Below are positions 35,880-48,368 of a stretch of DNA of 64,000 bases, one piece after another. Within the stretch, counting starts at the first letter, position 1. Each line of letters begins with the position of its first letter. Origin of the DNA: Phaeosaccion multiseriatum. Its lineage: Eukaryota > Protista > Ochrophyta, other classes. The notes beneath the pieces are model-generated. The model worked only from the letters and a program-made list of their open reading frames with translations, was not told where the DNA came from and did no database searches. The stretch is from positions 6,262,001 through 6,326,000 of the forward strand of contig OZ218950.1 of assembly GCA_965112735.1 (NCBI GenBank), given 5' to 3'. Both the position numbers and the translations under genes were made by a program.

Positions 35880-36681
35880 GGAGGGGAGGGGCTGCGTGCG
35901 TGCTTTTGTTCGTTTGGCCCTTGCCACACTGTAAGAATTCTTTCGTTTATTGTACCCAACCGCACGTGAAGACGATCATCAACGGATCCACGATGAAGAT
36001 TTGATACTTTATTTATTCGCTTCTTCGAAGGAGAAGGGGAGGGGGCTTCATCCACTTTCCTTCCTTCCCTTGCTGGCAAGCCTCGAGGGAGAAGCGAAGG
36101 GGGCTTCCTCTACTTTTCTTCCTTCCCTTCCCGTCAAGCCTTCTTTTGCAAAAAAACCCGCGACGGATGGCAGGAACGAGAGACATAAAGGGAAAGGACG
36201 GCGAAGGAAGATCCAGAAGAATCTCCTTGGCCCTACTCCTCATTCTCTTCGTCCTTCCCTTTCATACTATTCCATAGCCTCCCCCCCCCCCCGCCTCTCC
36301 CAACACCGTCCATTTGCTTCCTTCACTTACGGGCCTTGTATTGAGACCAGCCACGCGAAGCATGACACGAAAGAGCGAGTCAAGAGAAACCTGTTTACGA
36401 CGATACAAAGCAAGTCTCTCCCTGCATAGATCGTCACAAACAGTCTCCTGTCAACCCTCTCTTGCTTGCCATGGCGAGGATACGATGCCTTCAAAAGAAG
36501 GCCCGTAAGGGAAGCAAACAACACGAAGCCAGTCAGTCGGCAGCAGGGAGGCCAGCTTGAGAGAGGATCCTTGAATGAAGCCGCCGAAACCGTCCGTCCC
36601 CGGGCGGGCAGTTCCGAGCCATCAGCTCCCGGCGAGAAGGCGATTGACTCATCGACCAACCCAACGACTGAGTCTCTCTCT

Positions 36682-36760
<79 letters not shown>

Positions 36761-36780
36761 CCCCCCTGCGTGTGTGTCGC

Positions 36781-37505
36781 TCACATGGCCTCGTCGTCAT
36801 CGCTGTCGTCCTTCTCGTCCTCGTCCTCGTCGCTACTCTCCAAGTCGTCAAGGTCCAGCAAGATCTTAGGCTTCTTCTTCGCCGCCACCACCGCCACCTG
36901 CTCTTCTTGCCCTCCTTCTCGACCTCGCTTTCGACTGCCTCTGGTCACTGCGTCGCCTCCTCCCTCCATGCCCGCAGCAGACGCGGTTGCTCCTCCTCCT
37001 CCCACCCCACCACCTGAGCCCAGTCTGCCTTCTTCGCCACTACCTGCATCGCCTTCGAGCGTGCCCTGTTTGCCAAGCGTGGAGCCCATAAGCTTCCCCG
37101 CCCGCATCATCTCCGGCAACGGTGCAGGGGGTCTGAAGCCGATCATGGGCATGCCTGGCCGCCAGTAGGAAGGAGCCCCCACGGTGCCGCTTATCTTCTG
37201 AGCGTAGGCGATGACGTCGCTGATCCGCACTGGGCGGGAGTCCGCCCCCAGCAGAGCCTTCGCCTTGTCGAGCTGCTCCTGCAGCATGGATCGCGATGCA
37301 TTGATGTCGCGCAGGCTTTGGCGGATCTTTGGACAGAGAGAAAACAAGACAGGGCGTGGGGGAGGGGGGAGAAGGGGGCGGGTGAGAAGAAGGAACCTGG
37401 ATTGGAGCCGACAAGAGAGAGGGAGGGAAGAGGGGCGAGAGTGGGATGGGCACCTACCATAATGCACAACCCAGTATGACGCACCTTTGTCGCTATCGGC
37501 TCCAT
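36781..37505 (-). CDS. MED4: Mediator of RNA polymerase II transcription subunit 4
   Basis: Exons 37505-37485 and 37326-36781; VIAYAQKISGTVGAPSYWRPG..FRPPAPLPEMMRAGKL and acidic tail LDLDDLESSDEDED. Confidence 0.8.
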
Positions 37506-38084
37506 GCTTCCACCTCCTCCTCAGCCTCTTGTTTCAGCAGAGCAAGCGCTATCTATGCCCTACTTCATGCTCGGCAGTACGAAAAGACGGCGCCTTACAT
37601 AAAAAGGGAGACAGGAAGGAGGGTGGAAGAAAGGAAATACGGGGGGTGGGCAAGGCCCGCGGGAGATGTGCCAGTCGCTCAGTCTTCAGTGAACGACTTA
37701 ATCAGTCAGCCAGTCAGTCAGTCACGTAGTGTTGAGGGAAGGGGGGTGGGAGAGAGAGGAAAGAGGGATCAAAGAGGCGCCAAAAGTTTTCAGTTTCAGT
37801 TTATCAGCCCGTGCCGCTCTCTCAGCGCTCCGGCTCCGGAGGGACGGCGCTCCAAACTCCAAACCGGCCCCGCTCTTTCAAGAAGCTCGGGGACGGCCTG
37901 TAAGGAGACTACGGTGGATAGAACCCTCTCACTCTACGTCCTAGTAAGGGGCTTCCCGACAGGCATAGCCCGTGCCCAAAGTGCGAAATTGGCTCATAAT
38001 CCAACAAATGAAAGGACGATAGGTAGTGCAAGCACCACGGGCGACTCCTGACGCGCTACCAAGCGATTCTCGGTAGCATGCTAC

Positions 38085-38275
38085 TGGCGACCGGCCGGTA
38101 GCAGATAGCAAGCCAGCTGACGCCGGCGGTAGCAGGTAGCAGCTAGCTCACGCCGGCGGTGGCAGATGGTTGGCCGGCCGGCGGGTCGGCCGGTAGCAGG
38201 TAGCATGCCGGCTGGCACCGGACGCCGGCGGTAGCAGGTAGCAGGCAGACCGGCTGGCGCCGGCGGTAGCAGGTG
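38085..38275 (+). repeat. Intergenic tandem repeat of GCCGGCGGTAGCAGGTAGCAG units (probable MITE internal region)
   Basis: Seen directly; same architecture as the internal repeats of MITEs A and B; TIRs not clearly resolved. Confidence 0.7.
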
Positions 38276-38969
38276 TGTTCAAAAAACGGAAAGTGTGCTG
38301 TTGCCGTCGGTCGAGTCTGCCCCGGGGTTTAATAGGGGTCAGGACTCCCGCATCTGGTATTCGCTTAGATCAGCTGCGAATGCGTATTGAGCAGAGGGGC
38401 AGGCAGGCAGGCAGGCAGACAGACAGACACGCAGACAAAAGGAAGCGAACGCCCGAGCGAGGGGAAAGGGAGAGGACGACAAACAATTCTCTGGTCAGTT
38501 TCAGGGGTTAAAACATCATCAAAGCCTTGGGGAGCGCTGCGGGTGGTGAGGGAAAAGTAGGGCGAACAGAAGAAAAGTCACGGAGGAGGGAGGAGGAGGA
38601 CAAGGAGGCTGAGTGGTCACAGGAAGAAGGATGCGAGCGGAGCCAGCGAGCGGGAACCGCCACCCGTAGCACCACGAGAGAGCAAACGATGCTCCTGCTC
38701 GTCCGGAATGAGGGCGTGAGTGAGAGTGAGCGCGAGTGTTGTTTTTGTCCTCTCCCTGACGACTCCTCAATCCACTCCTCAAGTGGGGTTTTTGTATCGC
38801 TCTCTCCGACCTCTGCGAACGAAAGAAACCAAGCTTCCCTCCGTTCGCCCACAAAGCGCGAATGGGAAAACTAAACAATAACAACAAAACGAAAAAACAG
38901 ACCTGCTCCGAGCCGCCCCCATCTGAAAGAAAAAAGGATCTGGGCTGCATCCTCTCTTCTTCCCCTCCG

Positions 38970-39385
38970 CTAACGTGTGTATGTAGATACGTAAGGGTAT
39001 GCCTCTCTCTTTCCACCCCCAGCCCCACTTACCGCGGCAGTGTACAGCAGGTGACACGCGCAGCCCGTCCCGACGAAGAAGCATATGGGTCGCCCGACCG
39101 CCTTCTTGGGCGTGTCAGCGAGGGCGTAGACGGGGATGTACAGCGTCCTGTTGTGTTGTGCCGTGGGCATTAGGACAGGAGGACAAGCCGAGAGTAGGAA
39201 GAATAAAAGAAACGGGCGCACAAGTCAAGGAAAAAGGAAAGGGGAGGTGAGTGATATAGCCGAGAGGTGAGAGGTACGGCGGCAAAGTGCTGAAGGGGAG
39301 GGCATGGGGACAAGGGACAAGGGGTCGGCCTCTACGACTCGAATGGTGATACAGTGATGATGATGATGATGATGATGATGTCATC

Positions 39386-39419
<34 letters not shown>

Positions 39420-40564
39420 GGATGAGGATGAGGATGATGATGATGAGGATGATGAGGATGAGGATGATGACGACAACAAGAATACATGCATACATTCGTT
39501 CACGCTCTGCCTAAAGTGCCTCGCCGACAGCCGCGCCCCTACAATAAAGTAGGAGCAACCCGCGCAGGCAGATGTAGTAACTTGAGCAGCCAGTCCGTCA
39601 CGCCCTACTGAGCGGCGGCCGCGTGAGACGCGAGGGGCTGCTATCGAGACCGACATACTTCCCCGGTTCCTTCATCCCTCCCTCCCACCTTCTCTGCCGA
39701 TCTGCCACCGCTCTTCCCTCCCTCCCGACCTCCACCCCTCCCCTCTTCCCTCCTGCCCCCCTCACCTGGCAAGGATGAACAGCTTTGCGTGGCTGTTGAG
39801 GCTGCTCTCGCTCACGCCCTTCAGCATGGCGAAGAGTAGCGCACCTGTCCAAAGGAGCAACGCCTCCAGGCCATTGCTATGCGCCGCACCGAGCCTGCGA
39901 ATAATTCCCTTGTCGTCCACCGTGGCAGTTGCCTTGGAAGTCCAATTCCCACGTGGGTACTATAACATGATATTCAAAGTGGGGGCGGGATGGTGGATGG
40001 AGTATGAGCTGTCGTCTTGGTGGGCCAGTAGACGTAAGGCCAAGAGCGAGAGACGGGGAATTGGCATCAGGCCGTGAAGAAGAAGACAAGCCTTTTCCAC
40101 AAAACAAAACAAAAACCAGCCGTCACTCTCACCACTTGATCGAACTTGTCGGTCCGCCTCACCACCATTGCATATGCAATGTAGCTGAGAAGGGAACGAT
40201 GGGGAAACAAGGACAGAGGGGGCACACAGGAGAGAGGAAAACGAAAAGAAGGGGGCAAGCAGCGAGACAATAAAGCGGGACACATCGAAGCAACATGCAT
40301 TCCGCGTCATGGGGGAGGGACAGAGATGTGGCTCCAGTTTCAGAGGGGAGCCTGACTCAAAGCAAAGAGACACACAGAGATAGAGAGAGTTTGTGCGGAA
40401 GAATGGGAGTGGGAGGGGTGGGGGTGATATATTGGGGGACAGGAAGCTTACCACGGGGCCATAGCGAGCACGAACATCATGAGGATAGAGAGATCCGCGA
40501 AGTTGGCATCGAGAATGCTCTTGCTAGCTTGCTCTGCGGCCGCCTCGACAACTTTCTTCACCAT
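38970..40564 (-). CDS. MAPEG family membrane protein; last exon uncertain
   Basis: Exons 40564-40452, 40184-40133, 39959-39766, 39147 onward: KFDQVYPR..RRLGAAHSNGLEALLLW..LFILARTLYIPVY..GRPICFFVG. Confidence 0.8.
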
Positions 40565-40800
40565 CTTTTATCTTTTACGATACGACTTGAGTTCGAGGCG
40601 TTCGGGAGATGGTCGATGGGCAAAAAAAAAAAAAAAATCATCCTTGTCAACAGGTTGGTGATTTCGTGATTTCCCGCGTTTTCACGGCCTTTTATTCCCC
40701 CCTATTATATATAATATATATAATAAAATATATATATATATATATATAATATATATATAGTATTTATATACACCTCCCACACAAACGTGCGTGTCTATCA

Positions 40801-41553
40801 TCACGGCTTCCTGGCCCAGCCACAGAATACCATCTCCCAGAGGTAAGTTGCGCCAGCCTCTTTTCGCTCTGTAGCAAGACGCTCGTCGAGCGTATCGACA
40901 TCGATGTCGGCCTCCGTTGCAACGCCATGTTCCAATAGGCGAGGGAGAACAGATCGGACAATTCCGGCGATAGGATAGCTAGTCGTTGGCGTCAGCACAT
41001 TCGCTTCAGCACGCACTCGTTCGACGGCCAGCCCAGCTGATGAAAATGCCGAATAAAGCCCCAAGCCCATGTGTATGTTTGCGCCTTCACGCTGGAGCAT
41101 CTCCCGAAGCCAGCCACGAGCCTGGTTATGTAGTGGTAGGGACGTGTGACTGTCACTGATCTCTATCATATCGTGCTCATGAAAAGCCATAACGCCTCCA
41201 GGACGAAGCGCCCGAGCGAGTTGCGCCACCGCTTTCGGTGCATCCGACTGATACATAAGAACGCGGCGACCCACCACTGCATCAAAGGCGCCGTGCTCTG
41301 GCAAAATCACGTCAAAGCCACCCTCAATGAAGGTGATGTTCGAGACGCCAGCTTCTTTCGATTTTCCTCGGGCGATCTCAAGCATTTTAGGGTCGCGATC
41401 CACTGCGAAAACATGCCCAGAGCTACCAACACGCCGCGAAAGCATGAGAGCCACGGCCCCCGGCCCGCAGCCGATGTCAAGCACACGCATGCCCTCACCG
41501 ATCTTCGTATCATCAAGCATCCGTTCGGTCATCTCATCAACACTGTTCGACAT
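40801..41553 (-). CDS. Class I SAM-dependent methyltransferase, intronless, bacterial-like
   Basis: Motif I VLDIGCGPG, FDAVVGRRVLMY, LRPGG; no introns or homopolymer runs. Confidence 0.92.
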   Translation of the reverse strand: MSNSVDEMTERMLDDTKIGEGMRVLDIGCGPGAVALMLSRRVGSSGHVFAVDRDPKMLEIARGKSKEAGVSNITFIEGGFDVILPEHGAFDAVVGRRVLMYQSDAPKAVAQLARALRPGGVMAFHEHDMIEISDSHTSLPLHNQARGWLREMLQREGANIHMGLGLYSAFSSAGLAVERVRAEANVLTPTTSYPIAGIVRSVLPRLLEHGVATEADIDVDTLDERLATERKEAGATYLWEMVFCGWARKP

Positions 41554-42078
41554 TTTCCCCCCTAACACCTCGAAACACTTCGAAACACTCCCTCCTGTCC
41601 CTCCCTCGCCCCTCGCTCCGTCTCCCGCCCTCCAGCAGCTCCCTCACCCCGCCTCTCGGGGAGTTATGTGGGGGGAGGGAGGCGCAGCAGTGTGAATCTG
41701 TCCGATGGGGAACTTCAGGCGCAGTTTCACCGTGTGCGTCGACGTGTGCGCCCCCCGATTCCCTGTCCGTAAGAGTAATCCCTGCAAACATATACACCCT
41801 CCCCCCCCCCTGAGATTCTTCCAGCTTGCTCCGAGATCATCGCTCCGAGTCCCCCCTCGCGTTTGCCAGCCTGTGAAGCACACAGCCAACACGCGAGGCT
41901 GTTATTCCCCCTCAATCACCCCACCCCGGCCACCTCATTATTTCCTCCTTGTACAGCTTACTTATTCGCCCTCGTCGGATGAAAATCAGGCTGTCTGTCT
42001 CTCAGACCTGTCTTCCACTCAAAGGGAGTCGAGGACTGGTGTGTCACTGGAGTTTTGCACAGAAGGCTGGAAGGGGAG

Positions 42079-42721
42079 ATGTCGTCCGACAAGGCGGAGG
42101 CGTACCCAACAGCACGCGTAGTACCTGATGGCCCAGCAGATGATTCAGATTCCCAGGAGAGCCGGGACCGGGAGTACGCAGCTTCTCTGCAGCAGCAGGA
42201 GTTGCAAGGCGTGGGTATTGCCACAGCCAGACCAGCGGTAGCAGTCTCTTCGAGTGCGCATCAGGGACAGCAGCCGATGCAGGGGGAGGACGCGGTGCAG
42301 CAGCCACAAGAACCTTACGCGGTGGCTATGCCAGTACACAGCGCAGGGCCACCCCCTGGAGCGGGAGGTGGCAACGCCTATGCAGGTGGCGGGCCGTATC
42401 TCTTACCGTTTGGACATCCGCCCCCACCCCCCTTTGGCGCTCCACCCTTCGGCCCCGGAGGAGACCTGCTCTTACCGCACGAACACAAGATACTGGAGCT
42501 TCACGCCCTGGGCAGAGCCATCAAAACACTGGCCATCTTAGATGGACTCATTCTATTCCTGAACTGCATATGGTGAGAAGTAAGAGTGGACTGCCCGATC
42601 CCATCCCGACGGACGGAGTACCATACCAATGAGGGGGACGGATGGGGAGGGAGTAGGTGGTCTTCCCCGATAAGGCTTGGTGCCTCCAAGACCCGATGAT
42701 GATGATGAGGATGAGGATGAC

Positions 42722-42785
<64 letters not shown>

Positions 42786-43221
42786 TATTTCTTCGTTCTC
42801 AATGAGATGCTTTCATTGCTCGATCAGCAGGATGGATAGAAATAACCCCTAAGAGATATGCAGGGAGCTTACTGGAGGACACCCGTACAAACCCGTTCAC
42901 TCACTTATTGACTTTCATTCATTCACTCACTCCTCCTCTCGCTCTGACACTGCCCCCCCCGTTTTGATGCACTTGGTGCAGGTGGCCCGTGCTTTGGCTG
43001 TTTATGTTTTGGGGTCCCGTCAGTGGCTACATTGCTGCACATCGCTTCTCCATCCAGTGGTTTTGGGTAAGCTCATGAGGGATCAAGTCCACTCAAAAGT
43101 CTGCTACCAAGTCCATCTCGACATTCGTTTCAGGGCTGTATTGGGGGCTTGCTTGCTCATGTCTTCTTCATCTTTCAGTCTCTTTTCTCTCTCTGTCTCT
43201 CCCTCCCTCTCTCTCTTTCGT

Positions 43222-43264
<43 letters not shown>

Positions 43265-44017
43265 TGTCTCTCTTTCCCTGTGTGTGTTCTGTCTGTCAGT
43301 CTGTCTGGATGTACGTCTGTCTGCCTGTCTTTCTAATCTCCTCTGATTTGTCTCTCCGTCTGTCTATCTGCCTCTGTCCCTCCCAGGTGTTTATGATCTA
43401 CTACGTGGCCAGGATTTCCATGGACCTCGGGCTGCTCTTTGCGGGGTCGTGGGCATTCTTCTTCGTGCTCTTCTTCAACCTCCTGTGCCTAAGGTAAGGG
43501 TATCGTAAGCCACGGCAACAGCTTATGCACCTACGCAAAAGGGGTGGGGGGGAGGGGGAGAGACAGAGGAGAGGGATTTTAATTCATATGCACGCAAAGG
43601 AAGGGTGGGGACAGGGGGGGTGAAGGGGGGGAGAGAAGGGGAAAGGAGGCCTACCTTTGGCCTCCCGAGAGAGTATGCGACCCCGCTCTGGAGCGAGGAG
43701 GTGGAGCGGAGGGGGGGGGGAAGAGGAAGCTACTCATCTTGTCTGGGAGAGGGTGTCTCACTAGCTCAGATATGTGCCTCATGCCTCCCCTTTGTCGCCT
43801 CTTCGTGCTTCGTTCCCTCCTCTCTCTCTCCGCTCTATCTATCTCTCTCTCTTCTCCCTCTCTCCGCTCTTTCTCTCTCCGTGACGCCAGATACATAATG
43901 AGGTTTGGCAGCCTTCTCTACGACTGCAGTCCCACGGAGCTGCAAACGCTGCGCAATGCGGACTCGTCTGCCTGGGTGGGAGAGAGACAGTCAGGACCAG
44001 GCGGGGACTTCTTCTGA
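42079..44017 (+). CDS. Multi-pass (about 4 TM) membrane protein with Pro-rich N-terminus
   Basis: Exons 42079-42572, 42982-43066, 43387-43493, 43891-44017 splice in frame and give hydrophobic segments. Confidence 0.72.
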
Positions 44018-44563
44018 CATGGCGAGACAGCGCGAGAGGGAGAGGGAGAGGTCAGCTGCAGTAGTGAAGCAGGTAGTCTTTGCCTCCCTCGCCTCCTTCC
44101 CATTCTCTTCCTGGAGTTGGTTGCTTCGGGGTAGAAGCAGCAGAAGCAGCAGCAGCAGCAGCAGCAGCAGCCACGACTCCGAGTAGGCATCAGCATTCCT
44201 CTCTTGGAGGTGTTGCAGGCAGTAGATGCTCCTCCCCCCCAGCCTTTGTATAAATTGTATGGCTGATGTGTTTTTCCTTGCCACCTGTCCTTCCCTGACG
44301 CTTGCTTTGCATGAAGCTGAAGTAAGCGTGGGTAGTTGTCAGCAGGCGTGCTCACTCCTCCGACTGGAGATTTCGTGTCGACATCCGCAGCCTCCCTCCC
44401 GCCAAGTGCTTAACCACACCAGCAGATGTATGGTAGAGCATGGCGACGTGCTGATTCCCATGTGCTTGCGATGATTATGCAAGGCCCCTTTGCTGCCCGC
44501 TGTGGTCGCTGCGGTTGGCTCAATGGTTGATGGAAGATCCACTTCATGTGACCATGTCGATGG

Positions 44564-44688
44564 CTACCACCCTTCATCGCTGTCGCTGTCATCGCTGTCA
44601 TCGCTGTCGCCGTCAAGGCCACTTGAGCTGGCGTTGTCATGCTCGTTGCCATCATTGTCAGAGCCAATCGCCCCCTGCTGGATCACCA

Positions 44689-44722
<34 letters not shown>

Positions 44723-45658
44723 ATCCTGCAGCTTTCCCTCTCCCTTCTTCTTAGCCCGGCGCTTGGCCCGCGCCTTCTTCTTCCTCGCCTTCCCGATCTC
44801 TCTGCCCTTCTTACTCTCGAGGCCCTTCTCTGCAAACTCCACCTGCATGCAATCAAGTCAGACGAGAAAGAGGTCGCAGGACAAGGCAGGATGGGCCGGG
44901 GAAGGGCGGGGTCAACGAGCTTCAGTGCCAAAGCTTGCGATTCTGGTAGGGGCATAGTAGTCAAGCCAGAGTCTCTCATGTCTGACGTACCACGCCCCGC
45001 GAGTCAACACACAAACCACACACACACACATGGCACAGACATCGCAAACAAGTCAGTAGACTCTGGACGTTTGTAGTACCTTCTCCCGCAGCCACTTCCT
45101 GGCGACGGCTCTGTTGGCCGTAAGGGTCCGGCCGTGCTGGCACTGAACCTGCAGGCCCGAGGGAGTGTGTGTGAGGAGCACCATATTCATCACTTTGTTG
45201 ACCTTTTGCCCTCCCTTCCCACCCCCCCTCGTAAAAACCTCCACCAGATCCTCCTCGTCAAGAGTGAACTTCTTCCGCTCCCTCGCCTTTTGTTTCTTTG
45301 ATTTGGGCTTGTTCTCCGCTCTCTGCTTGTGCGTCGATGAAGATTTCATCGCCACCTCCTCCACCCCCACACTCGCTTCATCATCACTCTCTCGCTTCCC
45401 GTGCGTCTGCTGCTGGTCCTCGGCGTGCCCCGGCTCGGTCGTCGTCGAAGCGATGAGTCTATGGCAGCTCTCTCGTCCAATATCGTTGGCCCAAGGCCTC
45501 CCCAAAGGGCTATTGATGCGATTGATACAGAGGGCTTTTGGTAAGAGCACCGGCGTCCACGATAGTCTTCCCAACACAAACGAAGAGTGGCAGCGGTGCC
45601 ACCATCCTTTGCGCGGCCGCCGTAGCTCTTTCCAAGGTCTCTGCGCAGCGCGCAGCAT
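44564..45658 (-). CDS. MTRFR: Codon-independent release factor (mtRF-R / C12orf65-like, RF-1 GGQ domain)
   Basis: Exons 45658-45080 and 44842-44564; LDEEDLVEVFTRGGGKGGQKVNK..LTHTPSG..NRAVARKWL plus basic C-terminal tail. Confidence 0.85.
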
Positions 45659-46175
45659 CAGACTGATCTCCTACCAGCCGCTGTAACGAGGAGGGAAGGG
45701 CAGAGGGGGGTCCACGTGTTCAACATCCGTTGCCAGTTGTGATCACACGCCTGAATGCCTGAATCTCTGCCTCGCTCATGATGAGAAAGACTTGTCGCGA
45801 ATTCCCCCTCTTCATCAATACAAAGAGGGAAGACATCTGTGGATGGATGAATCGTGTTAACAATTTAGGGGAAAGCACAACAGAGAGTCTTCAAATCGTA
45901 CTCCGAGTACCACCAGCCCACGAGGGCCCGGCAGAGCTCACTGCTACTGACGGACGCCCAGACGACATCCGATAGCAACTTCTCTCAGAGATGAGGCCTC
46001 TCCCCTTCCTTGCGCTTCATCTTCCATCCCATGACCAACAACTTCTCGGCTCGCACGGCGTGTTCTCCCAACAGGAGGGAGAGAGAGACACATCATATCT
46101 GCACCGTCCTGGACTTAACAGCTCTCTCTCTTTCTCTCTCCACTCTCGGGATATCAAAAAGCATCACCCACAGCT

Positions 46176-47433
46176 TTACTCTTCCTTCTTCCCGGTCTTG
46201 TTGTACTTCTTGGCGTACCGTTGGTTCTTCAAGAACTTCGGGTCCATCTAATCCCCCAGGGCAGGTCAGTCGGTAGAGAGACACACACCAAACACCAACC
46301 ACCAGCGCAGCGCATTCCCATCATTTTCGCAGAGAACCCCCGTCAGGAGAGCACCGCCAAAGTCAAGCAAGAGGGACGGGTTCGTTCCACAGTAGACCCA
46401 TGCACGGGTACGAGGGGAAACCCAAGCACGCAGCAGCAGGAGGGAGGGAGGAGAGGGCAGGAGGGAAAAAATGAAAACATGTGAGAGGGTGGTGGGTGAG
46501 AGAAGTGGGTGGGGTGGAGAGCGGCAGCGCGGGCCCAAAACATCTTCCTGCGCGCGACCGCTTGCGTGTGAACATTTGACGCCAGCTTCTCGCATTTCCC
46601 AGACTGTGTCCCATCTCCTCCATCGTCGCGGTATGGGGCTAGCGAGAGCGCGGTGGCAAGCACGGCCGCCCCCCCCCTTCCCATTCGCAGAGACCACCGC
46701 CGAAACCACACGCCCCCCAGCCCCCCCTCATCGTCGAGACCGCCATGCTCAATGGCGGATGCCCCTCATGGCTTCTCGGTGTCAAGCAGCAGAGTACCAC
46801 ACTTACCCCCTTGAGAGACTTAAACTTGAAGTTTGGCGCCTTCTTAATCCCATTCTTGTGGGCCTTGAACGTCTGGTTCCTACCCGTCGTGTTCTTTTGC
46901 TGTTAGGTTGGGAGAAGGGGGGCGTGTGGTAGGACATCACATGTCAGTAGACGCCAAGGAGAACATAGAAGGGAGAGGGGAGCAAGCTGCAGGATGCTAA
47001 GAGGGAGCCAGCGAGGAGAGACACACGAAGAGTGTAATTTGGATCAGACTCAGTGCACCAAGGGGCCGTTGGGGTGGCCGAGGAGGCGCACATGGGTCCG
47101 TGGGAGAGGCCGTGGCAGTATATCAGGCCATCTGCTGAGCCCCCACTTGGCGCAGCTCCCACTTCTCCACGCACAGCTTCCTCCTGGACGGCACCAGCAG
47201 TTCCCTATCCCGGCGGAGATGCAGCCAATTGCTCTGCGTCTTTCCCCGCCTCCCTCTTGTCTTGCTGGTGCTGCTGCTCCTCCTCCTCTTCCCCTCCTCC
47301 TGTGCTCCTTCCCCCCAGCCCCCGGCCCCTTCCCTCTGCCGTCCAAGAAGCAGGGCCCCATTCCAGCACCAGGCGACAATCCCCACAGCCTCCTCCACCT
47401 TCCTCCCGCTCACCAGAGACGCACCTTCACCAT
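46176..47433 (-). CDS. RPL29: 60S ribosomal protein L29 (eL29); missed by the ORF track
   Basis: Exons 47433-47425, 46899-46807, 46247-46176 give [57 protein letters not shown]. Confidence 0.95.
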
Positions 47434-48123
47434 GGCGCCTCAGTTGTTGAGCACTAATCGCACCCAGCCATATATCCCACCCCGGGGATTCCCGCGGTGA
47501 AAAACACCGTGAATTCCAGTTTCCGTTTCCGGAAATGGCCCATTTTTGAGCACGATTGGTTTTTTGTCTATTGTTTGCCACCCAGACGCTCCTTCCCGCC
47601 TTGCACCACGCTACCACTCTGTCAAACCAAGCGTTCCTCCCTCTGTGTAGACGAACGTCTGCCGGCACAGAGACGGTTGTTTGTTCGAAGCATCAGCCGC
47701 TCTTCTAGAAGGAACTGGGCCGGGGGATAGCCAGCCGGAGGGAGACGAGAGCGACAACAGCCAGAGAGCTCCGCTGCACAGCAGGAGCCTCCAGCTCGAT
47801 CAAGACCGCTACTGTTGTTTGCGGACCCAATAACAACGGCAGGAAGTGGTAGCTTTCACTCTGAAAAGGGGGGGCAAGGGTGAGTGGCACGTTTTGGGGG
47901 GTGAATGGAGCGGGCACTGAGCGTGTGACGCGACGCGTGAATTGAAAAAGGCCGGGGATGGATTAGGAACGCGAAGGATCGGGTCCAGCTGCTTGGCGAG
48001 GTCCGAGCACGTATACGGGTGCCCTCTGCGCCCCCCTGCCTCTCCCTCTTAAATGTGCTGCTCCCCCTTACCACTTGCCAACGCTTTCCCTCTCGTTGTC
48101 TGTCACTGTGTGGTTGCCCGCAG

Positions 48124-48337
48124 ATGTCTGAATATGGCACAGAGCTGCTCCGTCGGCAGCTAGCAGGTAAGCCCCGCTGGCACGCTCGTCACACATGCGT
48201 CTTTCTTCGAGTCTCGAAACTGTTGCGCATGGTGGAGGGACGCGAACAGCAGAGCCCCCACGCGGCTCTGCGAGGCTCTGCTCACTGCAGCTCATGCATT
48301 CGTGCACCCCCGGACCCTGTCTCTCAGGACTTCTCTC

Positions 48338-48368
<31 letters not shown>

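Noticed and set aside
46248-47424. Intronic snoRNAs in RPL29
   Set aside because: No convincing paired C/D boxes with terminal stem, or H/ACA layout, could be identified by eye; needs an Rfam/snoscan search.
209-47433. Functional cluster of translation genes (MetRS, Pth, mtRF-R, RPL29)
   Set aside because: Dispersed over 47 kb among unrelated genes and serving different compartments; consistent with chance.
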